Positions 48,400-58,015 of a stretch of 64,000 nucleotides of DNA are shown piece after piece. Within the stretch, counting starts at the first letter, position 1; the number at the start of each line of letters is the position of its first letter. This stretch comes from Planctomycetota bacterium (lineage in GTDB: Bacteria > Planctomycetota > UBA1135 > UBA2386), in the NCBI GenBank assembly GCA_965228735.1, contig OZ245838.1:1856001-1920000 (forward strand). Reading direction: 5' to 3'. The position numbers and the translations under genes were made by a program. The notes beneath the pieces were generated by a model. The model saw only the letters and a list, made by a program, of their open reading frames with translations. It had not been told where the DNA came from and did not search any database.

Positions 48400-48746
48400 C
48401 CGATGACGAGCGCGACCGCGAGCATGGCGAGGACGCTGCCGACGAACGCCATCGCGGCCATCTGGAGCATCCGGCGCGCGGACGCGGCCTCGAGGCGTTC
48501 GCGGAGCAGGGGGACGAGGGTCTCGGCGAACGCGTTGGCGTGGCCGGGGTCGCAGGGGCCGAGTTCGAGGGTGTCGATGATGTCTGTGCGTTCCGCCGCA
48601 GCCTCGCCGAGTCGCTTGAACAGCCGGCCGTTCTGCTCCCGCAGCTTCTGCGCGTGGCGCTGGCAGCTCGCCACACGCTCCTCGGCTTCGGAGAGCCGAC
48701 GGCGGAGGTCACCGATCTGGGCGTGGAGTTGGGCGTTGCCGGACAT
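48384..48746 (-). CDS. Coiled-coil protein with C-terminal TM helix
   Basis: TGATG overlap; hydrophobic C-terminus. Confidence 0.55.
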   Translation of the reverse strand: MSGNAQLHAQIGDLRRRLSEAEERVASCQRHAQKLREQNGRLFKRLGEAAAERTDIIDTLELGPCDPGHANAFAETLVPLLRERLEAASARRMLQMAAMAFVGSVLAMLAVALVIGWWFS

Positions 48747-49357
48747 CAGCGAGCCCCCTCGGCAACCGGCGCGTGCGCGGCGTCGTACTGCCCGATGCCC
48801 CACGAGATCGCGTGCAGGTTCCACAGGAACGCCCAGTCCCACGTGGTCAGGTCGTGCTCCCAGAAGTCCCCGATGCGGTAGCGATGCCCCGCATGCTCGA
48901 CCTCGAGGCCGTCAACGAACTCGCGGAACCCCCGTTCGTCCTCGGGCTCAATCAAGGCGTCATCGAGTTCGGCGAACGCCTGACGTCGCGCTTCCGCGTG
49001 CCAATCCTCGGTGGCGTATGCGAACGCCGCGCGGGCCGCAGCCTGATCGAAGACCTTCACGCTGCGGCGACCGGAGCAGTCGGCCGCCAACAGCTTCTCC
49101 GCCCAGTATCCGGCGTTGATTCCGCCGTCGGGTCGCCGGAAGAACTCGAACATGTCCGCGATGCGCGCGAACGCGTACGTGCCCATGTCGCCGTTGATGA
49201 CCAGCACACCCGGCCAGGTCACGAGGTCGAACCAGTAGACGCTCCCGCGGTTGCCGCGGAACTTGAGATGCCGCCGCAGCCCGTCGTCCTGCTCGACCGT
49301 CATTCGGTGCAGGCGAACGTCGTGGCGGAACGTCTCAACAACGTCGGGGCTACCCAT
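48746..49357 (-). CDS. Conserved-looking phage protein
   Basis: YWFDLVTWPGVLVINGDMG...YWAEKL...WGIGQYD. Confidence 0.7.
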   Translation of the reverse strand: MGSPDVVETFRHDVRLHRMTVEQDDGLRRHLKFRGNRGSVYWFDLVTWPGVLVINGDMGTYAFARIADMFEFFRRPDGGINAGYWAEKLLAADCSGRRSVKVFDQAAARAAFAYATEDWHAEARRQAFAELDDALIEPEDERGFREFVDGLEVEHAGHRYRIGDFWEHDLTTWDWAFLWNLHAISWGIGQYDAAHAPVAEGAR

Positions 49358-49644
49358 CAGCGAGCCTCCTCGGCGACCGCCACCGGAGTGACCTTCTTCC
49401 GCACCTTCAGCCGGTAGGCGTTCCACTCCTTCGGCGCCGCGTCGCGGCACGCGGCCGCGATCGTCGATCCCACGCCCCGGGCGACGTAGGCCGTCTCATC
49501 GCCGGGGTCCCAGTACCCGACCGTGAACCCCTCGATATGAAACTCCGGATCTGGACCGAAGCACTCGGCCGTCGGGCCGTACACGCCGCGAGCGAACTCG
49601 TCGGCGTCGCGCAGGCTGAGCTCCGGGCGTTTGCGGGCGGCCAT
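49357..49644 (-). CDS. Hypothetical phage protein
   Basis: GAGGGG RBS; TGATG overlaps at both ends. Confidence 0.6.
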   Translation of the reverse strand: MAARKRPELSLRDADEFARGVYGPTAECFGPDPEFHIEGFTVGYWDPGDETAYVARGVGSTIAAACRDAAPKEWNAYRLKVRKKVTPVAVAEEAR

Positions 49645-49895
49645 CAGCGCGCCCCCTCGAGGTCCGCGACCTCACCCCCGAGCGCGACGATCAGCTCCGC
49701 CTCGCTCAGCCCGACCGGCAACCGGCCGCGGCGGACCCCTCCCAGTCCCACCTGACCACGGCGTGCGATGTTGTCCACAGCCGTTCGCCCGCGCTCGCCG
49801 CGCGAACGGATTTCGTAAGCACCCGTCTGAGTCCCGAGGCCTTCCTCGGTACTATCTACGTCGCGGCTACGCCCCGACTTCGCATATGGCGAGGT

Positions 49896-49923
49896 GCGGG
49901 TTCGATTCCCGCCGCCTCCACCA
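49896..49923 (+). repeat. att core, second copy (right end of prophage 1 / left end of element 2)
   Basis: Perfect 28-bp match to 5728-5755. Confidence 0.95.
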
Positions 49924-49945
49924 TTCTCAGTTTGCTCACCGAAAC

Positions 49946-49974
49946 TCACCGGGGCGCGCAGAGCGCCCCGGTGA
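49946..49974. terminator. Hairpin between att copy and integrase 2 stop
   Basis: Perfect 12-bp stem TCACCGGGGCGC/GCGCCCCGGTGA with 5-nt loop. Confidence 0.65.
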
Positions 49975-49989
49975 ACTAGGTTACGAGCA

Positions 49990-51306
49990 CTACCCGGCGC
50001 TGCGCTCGCGCACCGACCCGCTCTGAGGATCACCCGTGCGCTGAGAATATGGTCGACTATTTGGTCGGCTCTCGGAGTCCGGGATCAGCCCCTCCACCGT
50101 CGCGATCGCGGCCGGGATCTCATTGATGAACTGCCGTAGCTTGGCGGCGTCCGTGCGCCGGTAGTGCTTGCGGGTGACCCCACCGGGGGTGTGGCGGAGG
50201 ATCGCGGCGACGATCCCGTCCGGCACCGCCTCGTCGAGCGCGTTCGCAAGCGACGTGCGCATGGCGTGCAGGTCGAGGCGCCGCCCGGCGTGATCGACAA
50301 CCGGCAGCTTGGCCCACTTCGCATCGTCCCGGATCCTCGCGGCGAGGTGGCGCGGCAGCGTCGGGTAGCCGCTCGGGTCGGGGTAGCCGACGACCAGCTC
50401 GTCATCGTGGACCGGCTTGCCGGCCTGGACACCGCGGTGTCGACGAACGTCGCGCAGCAGGTCGCGCAGTCCATCGTGCAGCGGCACCGACTGCTGCGTG
50501 CCGGTCTTAGTGATCTCCGCCGGCAGGTCGATCGTCTCGTCGGAGATCATCCCCCACCGCAGGTTCGCCAGCTCGTTGTTGCGCAGCCCGGCCAGGAACG
50601 CGATGACGACCGTGAGCGCCCGGCGCCGCGCGATCTCCATGTGCTTCTCGATGTTCGCCGGCCGGGCCCGGCTCTGCAGCGTGCGCTGGATGGCCGCCTT
50701 CGCGAGCTGGTTGACGCCCTCGGGAGTCAGGGCCTGCCGGTGCTGGCGCTGCTCCGAGGGCGTCCTGCGCAACGCTACGACCGGGTTCTTGAGGGCGCGG
50801 TCACCCTCTTCGAGCCACCGGCCAAACTGCTTCAGGAGGGACGCGTATTCGTTCCTCGTCTTGACCGTGGCGCCGCCGTCCAGAAGGCCGTTCAGGAAGC
50901 GCGTCGCCCGGTCGAGAGTCACGTCCGCAATCGACGTCGCGCGCATCCGCTTGAACGCCTTCTTCAATCGCGCGGTGACGAGCTTGACGTGCTTGTCACC
51001 CTGCTTGCGCACGCGCCGGCGAAGACCGGACCGCACGTGCTCGATGAAGTCGTCGAGGTGCTCGTCGATCGGGCGCTCGCGTTGCTCTGCGTGTGGGTCA
51101 AAGAGACCGGCAGCTTTCTTGTCGTAGTCCGCCTTCGCCGCACGCAGAAACGTGTTGGCGGCAGTCTTCGTCTTGAACCCCTCGCGCTTGGACCAGGGGT
51201 TCCGTTTGTGCCGGTTCTCGTAGCGCCGGAACTTGACCGTGAACGGCCCACGCCCCTTTGCCGGGAAGATCGAGCCGTTCCAGTCTTTGCCCGAGGAGAG
51301 CGTCAT
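49990..51306 (-). CDS. int: Tyrosine integrase of element 2
   Basis: AGLRNNE, K, LHAMRT, RH, HY; visibly similar to integrase 1. Confidence 0.93.
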   Translation of the reverse strand: MTLSSGKDWNGSIFPAKGRGPFTVKFRRYENRHKRNPWSKREGFKTKTAANTFLRAAKADYDKKAAGLFDPHAEQRERPIDEHLDDFIEHVRSGLRRRVRKQGDKHVKLVTARLKKAFKRMRATSIADVTLDRATRFLNGLLDGGATVKTRNEYASLLKQFGRWLEEGDRALKNPVVALRRTPSEQRQHRQALTPEGVNQLAKAAIQRTLQSRARPANIEKHMEIARRRALTVVIAFLAGLRNNELANLRWGMISDETIDLPAEITKTGTQQSVPLHDGLRDLLRDVRRHRGVQAGKPVHDDELVVGYPDPSGYPTLPRHLAARIRDDAKWAKLPVVDHAGRRLDLHAMRTSLANALDEAVPDGIVAAILRHTPGGVTRKHYRRTDAAKLRQFINEIPAAIATVEGLIPDSESRPNSRPYSQRTGDPQSGSVRERSAG

Positions 51307-51608
51307 GAGGCGCTCCTGGCCCGAGTCACCTTCGCCTTGACTTGCGCGCGCCAGTCGCGGCCGAGGCGCTCGGCGACGATCGCAGCCCAGTCCTGGCAGT
51401 TCGCGTAGGCCTCGACCTCGCGGGCGATGAACTGCGTCTTGCGGCCCTCGCCGTCGCCCCTCGTGGACGGCACGGTGATGCGCGGCGGGAAGTCACCGCG
51501 GGCCTCGAACTCGCGGACCGTGTTCGGACTCAGCCCCGTCACATGCGCCGCCTCGGCCAACGAGAAGCGGAACTTGGGGAGATCGATCGAGGACTTCTTC
51601 GCCTTCAT
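51303..51608 (-). CDS. AlpA/excisionase-like HTH (start about 51608)
   Basis: SLAEAAHVTGLSPNTVREFEARGDFPPRI. Confidence 0.75.
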   Translation of the reverse strand: MKAKKSSIDLPKFRFSLAEAAHVTGLSPNTVREFEARGDFPPRITVPSTRGDGEGRKTQFIAREVEAYANCQDWAAIVAERLGRDWRAQVKAKVTRARSAS

Positions 51609-51770
51609 CTTCGGCACGAGGGCCACCTTGCGCGACTGCGCGGCTGCGGTCCGGCGCCGAGCTACCCGGCGCGCTGGGAACGCACGCGGCGACCGTGCCG
51701 CATGCAGTCCACCATCTATTCCGCGCCGCGGGAGAATTCCGCCGCATGTTGATCGGTGCGCTTGCATGAC

Positions 51771-52751
51771 TCACACCTCCAGGATCGCCAGTGCCCGCCG
51801 CCGCTCGGTCGCTTGGCGATCGATGTATACCTGCGCCGCGCTCAACGACTTCCAACCACCGGTCGCCATCAGGGTCGCGATCGACCCCTGCCCCGCGACG
51901 AAGGTCGCTGCCGAATGCCGCAGCCCGTGCGGGCGCACGATCGTCTTGATGCCCGCCTCCTTTGCCCTGGCGCGCACCATGCGGCGCACGCCCTCGGCTC
52001 CGATCGCCGTGATCGCGTTCGTCGGGGCCGCCGCGTCGAGGCGCTGGAACAGCGGGCCGGCGACGTTCCCGCGGTAGGTGAACCACCGGCGCAACGAGTC
52101 GGCGCAGCCCTTGCTGATGAGGACGCGCTGCCGCTCCCGCTGCCCCTTCCGCTTCGCCAGGACGACCGGACCATCGGGGTGGTCGAGCTGCACGTGGCGG
52201 CGCAGCAGGCTCGTGACCTCGGATACGCGCAACGCCGCGGTGTAGAGCAGGCGAAGGATCGCCGCGTTCCGCTTGGCCAGCGGGGAGCCGTTGTCGGCGT
52301 CCTGGTCGAGGCGCTCGATCATCCGCTCGACGTCACCGCGGTGCGGGCCGCTGCGATCCTCCCGGGGTTCAACGCGCGGGGCGACCTGTTCCAGCCGCCA
52401 CGTGATGAGCCCAGCACGCCGACAGGCCTTGACCAGGGACGCGACGCCGCTGACCCGCAGCTTCGCCGTCGCGGTCGACTTGCCGGCGTCGAGCAAGTGA
52501 TCTCGCCAGTCCCCGACAAGCGCATGGGCTTTGCCGGCGCCGGCGGTGACGAGCAGTTCGAGCGCGCGCTCGGGCGGCGCTTCGGTGTCGGACAACGCCC
52601 AGCCCGCGAACGCGCGCATCGACCGCGTGTAGGACCGCGCGCTCTCGGGTGAGAGGGCAGCGAGCCAACGGCGAATGATTTCCTGTGGCGTCGTGTCGAT
52701 CGCCGCGAGCGCGGCAGGCGTCAGACCCGTCGACTTCGGAACGAGGCTCAC
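51771..52751 (-). CDS. Second, Xer-like tyrosine recombinase
   Basis: LRVSEV, KRKG, PHGLRHS, GGW, VY. Confidence 0.9.
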   Translation of the reverse strand: MSLVPKSTGLTPAALAAIDTTPQEIIRRWLAALSPESARSYTRSMRAFAGWALSDTEAPPERALELLVTAGAGKAHALVGDWRDHLLDAGKSTATAKLRVSGVASLVKACRRAGLITWRLEQVAPRVEPREDRSGPHRGDVERMIERLDQDADNGSPLAKRNAAILRLLYTAALRVSEVTSLLRRHVQLDHPDGPVVLAKRKGQRERQRVLISKGCADSLRRWFTYRGNVAGPLFQRLDAAAPTNAITAIGAEGVRRMVRARAKEAGIKTIVRPHGLRHSAATFVAGQGSIATLMATGGWKSLSAAQVYIDRQATERRRALAILEV

Positions 52752-53209
52752 GACTCACCTCCCGGCAGGGCGTGGAACGACTCGTCCGCGAAGCTGAAGA
52801 ACCGACCGTCGCCGATCACGAGGTGGTCCAACACCGGGATGCCGAGCAGGTCGCCGACCTCGCGCAGACGGCGAGTGACACCTCGATCATCGGCGCTCGG
52901 TTCTGGATCCCCGGACGGATGGTTGTGCGCGATGACGATCGCGGTTGCTGCGAGGGCGACAGCAGGACCGAAGACTTCGCGCGGATGCGCGGGCGACGCG
53001 TCGGCCGTGCCGACGTGCGCATCGTGAACCGCGATCGCCCGGTGTCGAGCGTCGAGGTAGACAGCCGCGAATCGCTCGCGCGGGTCGTCGCGCAGAAACT
53101 CCTGCAGCAGGCCGACCACGTCGCCGGCGCGACGCACAGCGTAGGGCTGCTGCGCTCGTTCGCGGACGAGAGACAGGCGCACGCGGCGCCACGTGCGACG
53201 CTCCTTCAC
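52748..53209 (-). CDS. radC: RadC-like JAB/MPN protein
   Basis: HPREVF, AHNHPSGDPEPSADD, LDHLVIG. Confidence 0.92.
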   Translation of the reverse strand: MKERRTWRRVRLSLVRERAQQPYAVRRAGDVVGLLQEFLRDDPRERFAAVYLDARHRAIAVHDAHVGTADASPAHPREVFGPAVALAATAIVIAHNHPSGDPEPSADDRGVTRRLREVGDLLGIPVLDHLVIGDGRFFSFADESFHALPGGES

Positions 53210-53472
53210 TGCTGCACCTCCGCGAGCTGCGCGTCGATCGACTCGACCTCGGCCATCGCGCGGGCCCGCAGCTCGGCGAGCAAGCGCGGCAGGCCCTTCG
53301 TGCTCTGGGCGATGAGGATTCCGCGCTGCTCGCGAATAGCGAACGTCGCGTAGTCGACCGCAGCACGGAGCGTGCCAATGTAGACGCTCGTGAGATCGTG
53401 GCCGGTGGCTGCGGCGGCGATGACGGTCCGGTGAGTCGACTTCGAGAGGTCGACATTCTTCGTCTTGGTCAT
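53206..53472 (-). CDS. Hypothetical protein
   Basis: AAGGAAG RBS; overlaps radC start. Confidence 0.6.
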   Translation of the reverse strand: MTKTKNVDLSKSTHRTVIAAAATGHDLTSVYIGTLRAAVDYATFAIREQRGILIAQSTKGLPRLLAELRARAMAEVESIDAQLAEVQQ

Positions 53473-53703
53473 GGTGCTTCCTTGGTCAGGAGCACCGAGA
53501 CACGGCGCACGGGCGCCGCGGAGCTAGGTTCGCCGGACGATCGTCCGAACGCACATCTGCGGGAGCCGACAGGACGCCCGCATCACCACCGTGCCGCTCC
53601 AGGCCGGTTGGTCGTCAACTCGCAGTTGACATCTCGATGCGCTGCCGAGGTTACCGCGCCCTTCGGAGAGTACAAGGCGGTAGCGCCCGCCTGGCGGAAG
53701 TGG

Positions 53704-54204
53704 CTACGGCTTCTTCGCGGCGTGAGCTTCCATGTCCTGGCGAAGTTGCTCCCGGACTGCGACGCTGCGCTTGTTGAGGAACAGCAGTTTCCCCAAGCGG
53801 TCCGCGATCAACTTCTTCTTGACCGGGAACATGAGCTTGCCGGATTGCTCTTCGATCGTCCCCGACCGCAGCTCTCCCATCAGCTCCGTCACCTGATGCC
53901 GGATCATCATCGCCGCTTGGAATGCGTCGTTGCCTTCGTTGGCTAGCAATGCGCGCTGTCCAGCCCGCTCTGCAAGCTCCGTCATCCCGATCACAGTGAG
54001 GCCGCGATCTTCATGGGTCTCATAGATCTCAGCAGCTGGCTTCCCGGCGGCCAAGTCTGCCTCGATAGCGAGGACCAACTCTTGCGCTGCTTCGGCTGCG
54101 ACGATCGCTGCATCAATAGGGTTCTCCGGCATCCACCCTGATTGCCCTGGCCGGGCGACACAGGCCGCAAGAAGGATCGGGAACGTCAAGAGCAACCAAC
54201 GCAT
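53704..54204 (-). CDS. Predicted lipoprotein (cargo)
   Basis: MRWLLLTFPILLAAC lipobox; lower GC. Confidence 0.65.
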   Translation of the reverse strand: MRWLLLTFPILLAACVARPGQSGWMPENPIDAAIVAAEAAQELVLAIEADLAAGKPAAEIYETHEDRGLTVIGMTELAERAGQRALLANEGNDAFQAAMMIRHQVTELMGELRSGTIEEQSGKLMFPVKKKLIADRLGKLLFLNKRSVAVREQLRQDMEAHAAKKP

Positions 54205-54385
54205 GAGCCCAAGAAGATCGGCGCCACCGTTGCCCCGCAATCGAAACCGCCCATTTCAAACGAGGCCCGATACGGTCGCCGTCGAAGAGAAGACCAGATG
54301 TCATGAAGGGCGTGCTGATCGTGATCGGCGTGATCTTTCTGTTCAACCTCGCCCGCGGCTGCAGCAGGTAGCCCCCCTTAGACCC

Positions 54386-55048
54386 TCACTGACTCGCTCT
54401 TCGCTCGTCTCGCTCGGCACGAAGCTGGATGAACTGCCGGATCGAGTCCGCCAACTTGAACCACTCACCTCGGACGCGGTGCTCGGCGAACGCGTCGTGC
54501 AAGAGGCTCTCTGTCTCCCGAGTGCCTCGGAACGAATAGAGCACCTCAAGGGACTCGCTCGGGTTGTCGGTCATCATCTGCCCGAGACGGGCCTTCACGC
54601 TGCGCGCGAGACCGATCTTCACGAGGTCGGTCGAAGTGTCCGCAATGAAGTAGATGAAGCCCGGTTTGTGCAGCCGGGATCCCTGGCCGCGTTGCCGACG
54701 GAGACGATCCCGGCGCTCCATCAGTTCCGTTTCGCGTTCGAGCAGGTCAAGCCCGCGCTTCCCGTCCAGGATCGGGGCGAGGAGGTTGATCAGCTCGCGG
54801 AGGCGCATGTGGTGCGCCGGCGGCCGGCTGCCGTTCTCGGTGCCCAAGATGGCCTGCTCCTCGCGCATCAGGACGCCGTCGGCATGTGCCTCCTCGGGCG
54901 TGTCGCGGGATGAACCGACCACTGTCTTCCCCGCGATGACCGCCCAGCCGCGATACTTGTAGCCATCCTTCCGGCGAAGGCGCTGAACGTAGGGCGGCAG
55001 CTTGGCGCCGTCTCCCAGGTCCGAGCTGCCGTTCTCGGAGTCGCTCAT
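54386..55048 (-). CDS. GIY-YIG / T5orf172-like domain protein
   Basis: GFIYFI...VKIG...RL...ESLLH..F...RVRGEWF. Confidence 0.8.
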   Translation of the reverse strand: MSDSENGSSDLGDGAKLPPYVQRLRRKDGYKYRGWAVIAGKTVVGSSRDTPEEAHADGVLMREEQAILGTENGSRPPAHHMRLRELINLLAPILDGKRGLDLLERETELMERRDRLRRQRGQGSRLHKPGFIYFIADTSTDLVKIGLARSVKARLGQMMTDNPSESLEVLYSFRGTRETESLLHDAFAEHRVRGEWFKLADSIRQFIQLRAERDERRASQ

Positions 55049-55336
55049 GCGGCACAGCCTACGCGAAGCGCGCGCAGCGCCGACCCGAGCAGTTCTATGC
55101 ACGCAGCCCGACTCAGATCACCGCGGAATTCCATCGCCGCGCGGCATAGGTTCCGCGCCGGCAGCGATCCCACATCGCGGAAAAAAGTTCGCGGCCGCGT
55201 TTCGTGAGAGCGGTCGAGCAATGGGTTTTGAAGAGCCGACTTACGTGATACCACTGTCTACCCAAGTGTCTACTGTGCGGTAGTTTAGAGGACTGCGTCC
55301 GTCGACCCTCGGCTCCAACGGCATAGATGGTAGGCC

Positions 55337-55621
55337 ATGCCACTATCGACTCCGAACGAGCCATCACCGGCCGTCCAAGAGCTACGCCTCCGCCTCGAAG
55401 CCGGACAGCTTGAACCCGTCGGCGCTGTCATCGAGCGCGTCCTCGGCGAAGCCATCTCGGGCGTCACCCTGGCCCGCTGGTGCGAGGTCGGCCGAGCCGG
55501 CATCCGAATCCCCACCGTGCGCGGCGCGCGCCTGAAGCGCCTGACGACGGAGAGCGCCTTCCGCCACTGGCTCTCGGTGACGAGCGACCTCGTCGAGGAG
55601 GAGGGCTGCGACGATGCGTGA
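55337..55621 (+). CDS. DUF1580-like winged-HTH protein
   Basis: TLARWCEVGRAGIRIPTVRG...TTESAFRHW. Confidence 0.65.
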   Translation: MPLSTPNEPSPAVQELRLRLEAGQLEPVGAVIERVLGEAISGVTLARWCEVGRAGIRIPTVRGARLKRLTTESAFRHWLSVTSDLVEEEGCDDA

Positions 55622-55829
55622 GCACGAGGAGCTGCTCCACGTCGGTGACCTGGAGCCCGTCGAAGTCGTCGTCGAGCGCGTGATGGGTCACGTGGATCCG
55701 TTCCACCTTCGGCGCTGGATCGAGCACGGACGCGCCGGACGCATCGTGTTGCCGACCGTCGTCGAGGGTGGAGAGAGGATGACGACCGAGGCGGCCCTGC
55801 GCTCGTGGCGCGATGCAACGTCGGCCTGA
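55614..55829 (+). CDS. DUF1580-like winged-HTH protein, tandem paralogue
   Basis: LRRWIEHGRAGRIVLPTVVEGGERMTTEAALRSW. Confidence 0.65.
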   Translation: MREHEELLHVGDLEPVEVVVERVMGHVDPFHLRRWIEHGRAGRIVLPTVVEGGERMTTEAALRSWRDATSA

Positions 55830-55849
55830 AGGCGAAGAGGGAGACGGAG

Positions 55850-58015
55850 ATGACCGAGATCGACTACACGCAGACGGCAGAGGGGATCGAGATCCCCGAC
55901 CGCCTGAAGCAGCAGCACCGGTGGTGCCGGTGGAGTCTGCAGCGCAACGAGCAAGGGCGGATGACCAAGAAGCCCGACCGCTCGACCTCCGACGTGGAGG
56001 CGCTGTCGCCCTTCGAGCCGGGCGCGATGTCAGACACCCGAGGAATCGGGTTCGTTTTCACCGACGGTGTCGAGGACGACGAGGGCTGCACGCTCATCGC
56101 GATCGACATCGACGCGTGCCGCGTGCCGACGCGCAACGCGAACGACGAGTCAGGCGAGGACGCCGGGCAACTGACCGATTGGGGTCGTGAGGTCATCGAG
56201 ATGTGCGGCCACAGCTATACCGAGGTGTCGCCGTCGGGCACAGGGCTGCGCGTCTTCGTGTTCGTGCGCGCCCTCAACCGCGAGATCACCACGAAGATGC
56301 GCGCGCCCGGCGCAGCCGCGCCCGGTGTCGACAAGAACCCCGAGGTTCAGCTTTTCGGCGTTCACGGCGCGGCTCAATACGTGACCGTCACCGGGCAGCG
56401 CCTGCTCGCAACGTCGCCCGACATCCTCACGCTCGACAACCTCGACGAGCTGATCGCGCAGTATCGCCTCGACCAGGACTACAAGGAGCGCGGCGACGGG
56501 TCACTGCCCGAGGGCAATGGCGAGCGGCGAACGCTGGAGCAGATCGCGGAGCGGGTGCGGGACGCCTCCTGGAAGTGCGAGCACCTGCTGAAGGGCGATT
56601 GGGATCACGAGGATCTCGACTACGCCAGCCCGAGCGAAGGCTACGCCGCGATCGTTGGGTTCGTGCTGAAGGCCGCGAACGGGCACGGCGACCTCGCCCT
56701 CGACTTCCTGATGGACTTGCCCGTGTGGGCTGCGGGCACCGTGCGCGAGAGCGCCGACCCCGGCAAGTATGGGCGGCGAGCATGGGTCCACGGCGAGGTG
56801 TGCCGGCTCCACCAGGGCAATGCAGACCCTGACCCGGCGCGCGTGTTTGAGCCGCTCGGTGAGCTGCCGCCCGAGGAGCGTCCCCCGTCGCACAAGCGGG
56901 CGCGCATAGTCACGTTCGAGGAGTTTGACCGGAGCGTTCAACCCGAGCGATTCCTGATCGACGGTCTGCTCCCGCGCACGGGACTCGCGCAGTTCTTCGG
57001 CGACCCCGGCAGCGGCAAGACACCGTTTGCGATGAACGTCGCGCTCGCGGTCGCGCTCGGCGAGGCGCGGTTCTTCAACCGCGACGTCGACCACCACGGC
57101 AAGGTGCTCTACATGGTCGGCGAGGACGCCAACGGGCTGGGACACCGGTTGCGCGCGGAGCTGAATGCCCGAGGGCTAACCCGAACAGATCTCCAAGGCC
57201 GCCTGTTCCTCACGACTCAGCCCGGGCAGCTCTGCGACGAGGAGGACGCCGCGCGGTGGCGCGACGAGATCCACGCTTTCGGCGAGTTCGCGATGGTCGT
57301 GATCGACACGCAGTCGAGGAACTTCGGCGCCGGCAACGAGAACGACACGCAGGACATGACGCGCTTCGTGAACAACCTCGCGCGGCTCGCCGAGCAACTC
57401 CAGCTCCTGGTCGTCCTGGTTCACCACACGGGCCACAAGTCGAAGGAGCGCGCCCGCGGCAGCTCGGTGATGTTCGGCGCTCTCGACGCGTCCTACGAGG
57501 TCACGAAGGAGGAGATCGGCGACATCAAGGCGGTCGTCGCGAAGTCCACCAAGGCGAAGAATTGGGCTAACCCTTCGCCGCTGCGCGGGACGCTCGTGCC
57601 GGTCACGCTCGACATCGACGGCAAGGGGCGCCCAATCACCGCGATCACATTGAGCCAGAAGGCTCCAGAGGATCAGCCGCTCGGCGACCTCGTCGCGGCC
57701 GAGTTGGAGGACGACGCGGACCTGCGCGCCCTGCTGGCTTTCTTCGTCGGCAGCGAAGGGGAGTGGGTTTCTCGGGCGAAGGCGCGCTCGGTCACCCGAC
57801 TCAGCGATCACAAAGTGAAGGCCAAGACGAGGCGCCTCGTGGAAGTTGGGCTCCTGGAGATCATCGCCGAGAGCGCGACGCGGGGCCGTCAATACCGACT
57901 GCCGCAGGCTCCCAATTCCGAGGGTCAGAGGGGCTCTGAAGCTGGCGATTTCGGGCCGCCAGCTCAGTTGGAGCTGGCGATTTCACCAGCTAGCGCCAGC
58001 TCGGAGGGCCAGTGA
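55850..58015 (+). CDS. Primase-polymerase + AAA_25 (RepA-type) helicase
   Basis: IDID, YTEVSPSGTG, TVTG; Walker A GDPGSGKT, VVIDT, VHHTG, RGSS. Confidence 0.9.
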   Translation: MTEIDYTQTAEGIEIPDRLKQQHRWCRWSLQRNEQGRMTKKPDRSTSDVEALSPFEPGAMSDTRGIGFVFTDGVEDDEGCTLIAIDIDACRVPTRNANDESGEDAGQLTDWGREVIEMCGHSYTEVSPSGTGLRVFVFVRALNREITTKMRAPGAAAPGVDKNPEVQLFGVHGAAQYVTVTGQRLLATSPDILTLDNLDELIAQYRLDQDYKERGDGSLPEGNGERRTLEQIAERVRDASWKCEHLLKGDWDHEDLDYASPSEGYAAIVGFVLKAANGHGDLALDFLMDLPVWAAGTVRESADPGKYGRRAWVHGEVCRLHQGNADPDPARVFEPLGELPPEERPPSHKRARIVTFEEFDRSVQPERFLIDGLLPRTGLAQFFGDPGSGKTPFAMNVALAVALGEARFFNRDVDHHGKVLYMVGEDANGLGHRLRAELNARGLTRTDLQGRLFLTTQPGQLCDEEDAARWRDEIHAFGEFAMVVIDTQSRNFGAGNENDTQDMTRFVNNLARLAEQLQLLVVLVHHTGHKSKERARGSSVMFGALDASYEVTKEEIGDIKAVVAKSTKAKNWANPSPLRGTLVPVTLDIDGKGRPITAITLSQKAPEDQPLGDLVAAELEDDADLRALLAFFVGSEGEWVSRAKARSVTRLSDHKVKAKTRRLVEVGLLEIIAESATRGRQYRLPQAPNSEGQRGSEAGDFGPPAQLELAISPASASSEGQ

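Larger units (their letters stand above)
5728..49923. mobile_element. Prophage 1: temperate podovirus-like prophage (~44.2 kb) in ssrA
   Basis: Flanking 28-bp direct repeat; integrase, repressor, replication, terminase, portal, scaffold, capsid, tail adaptor/nozzle and ejection genes. Confidence 0.95.

Noticed and set aside
15074..49923. Diversity-generating retroelement, expected from the BPP-1-like structural genes
   Set aside because: No reverse transcriptase motif and no template/variable repeat pair seen.
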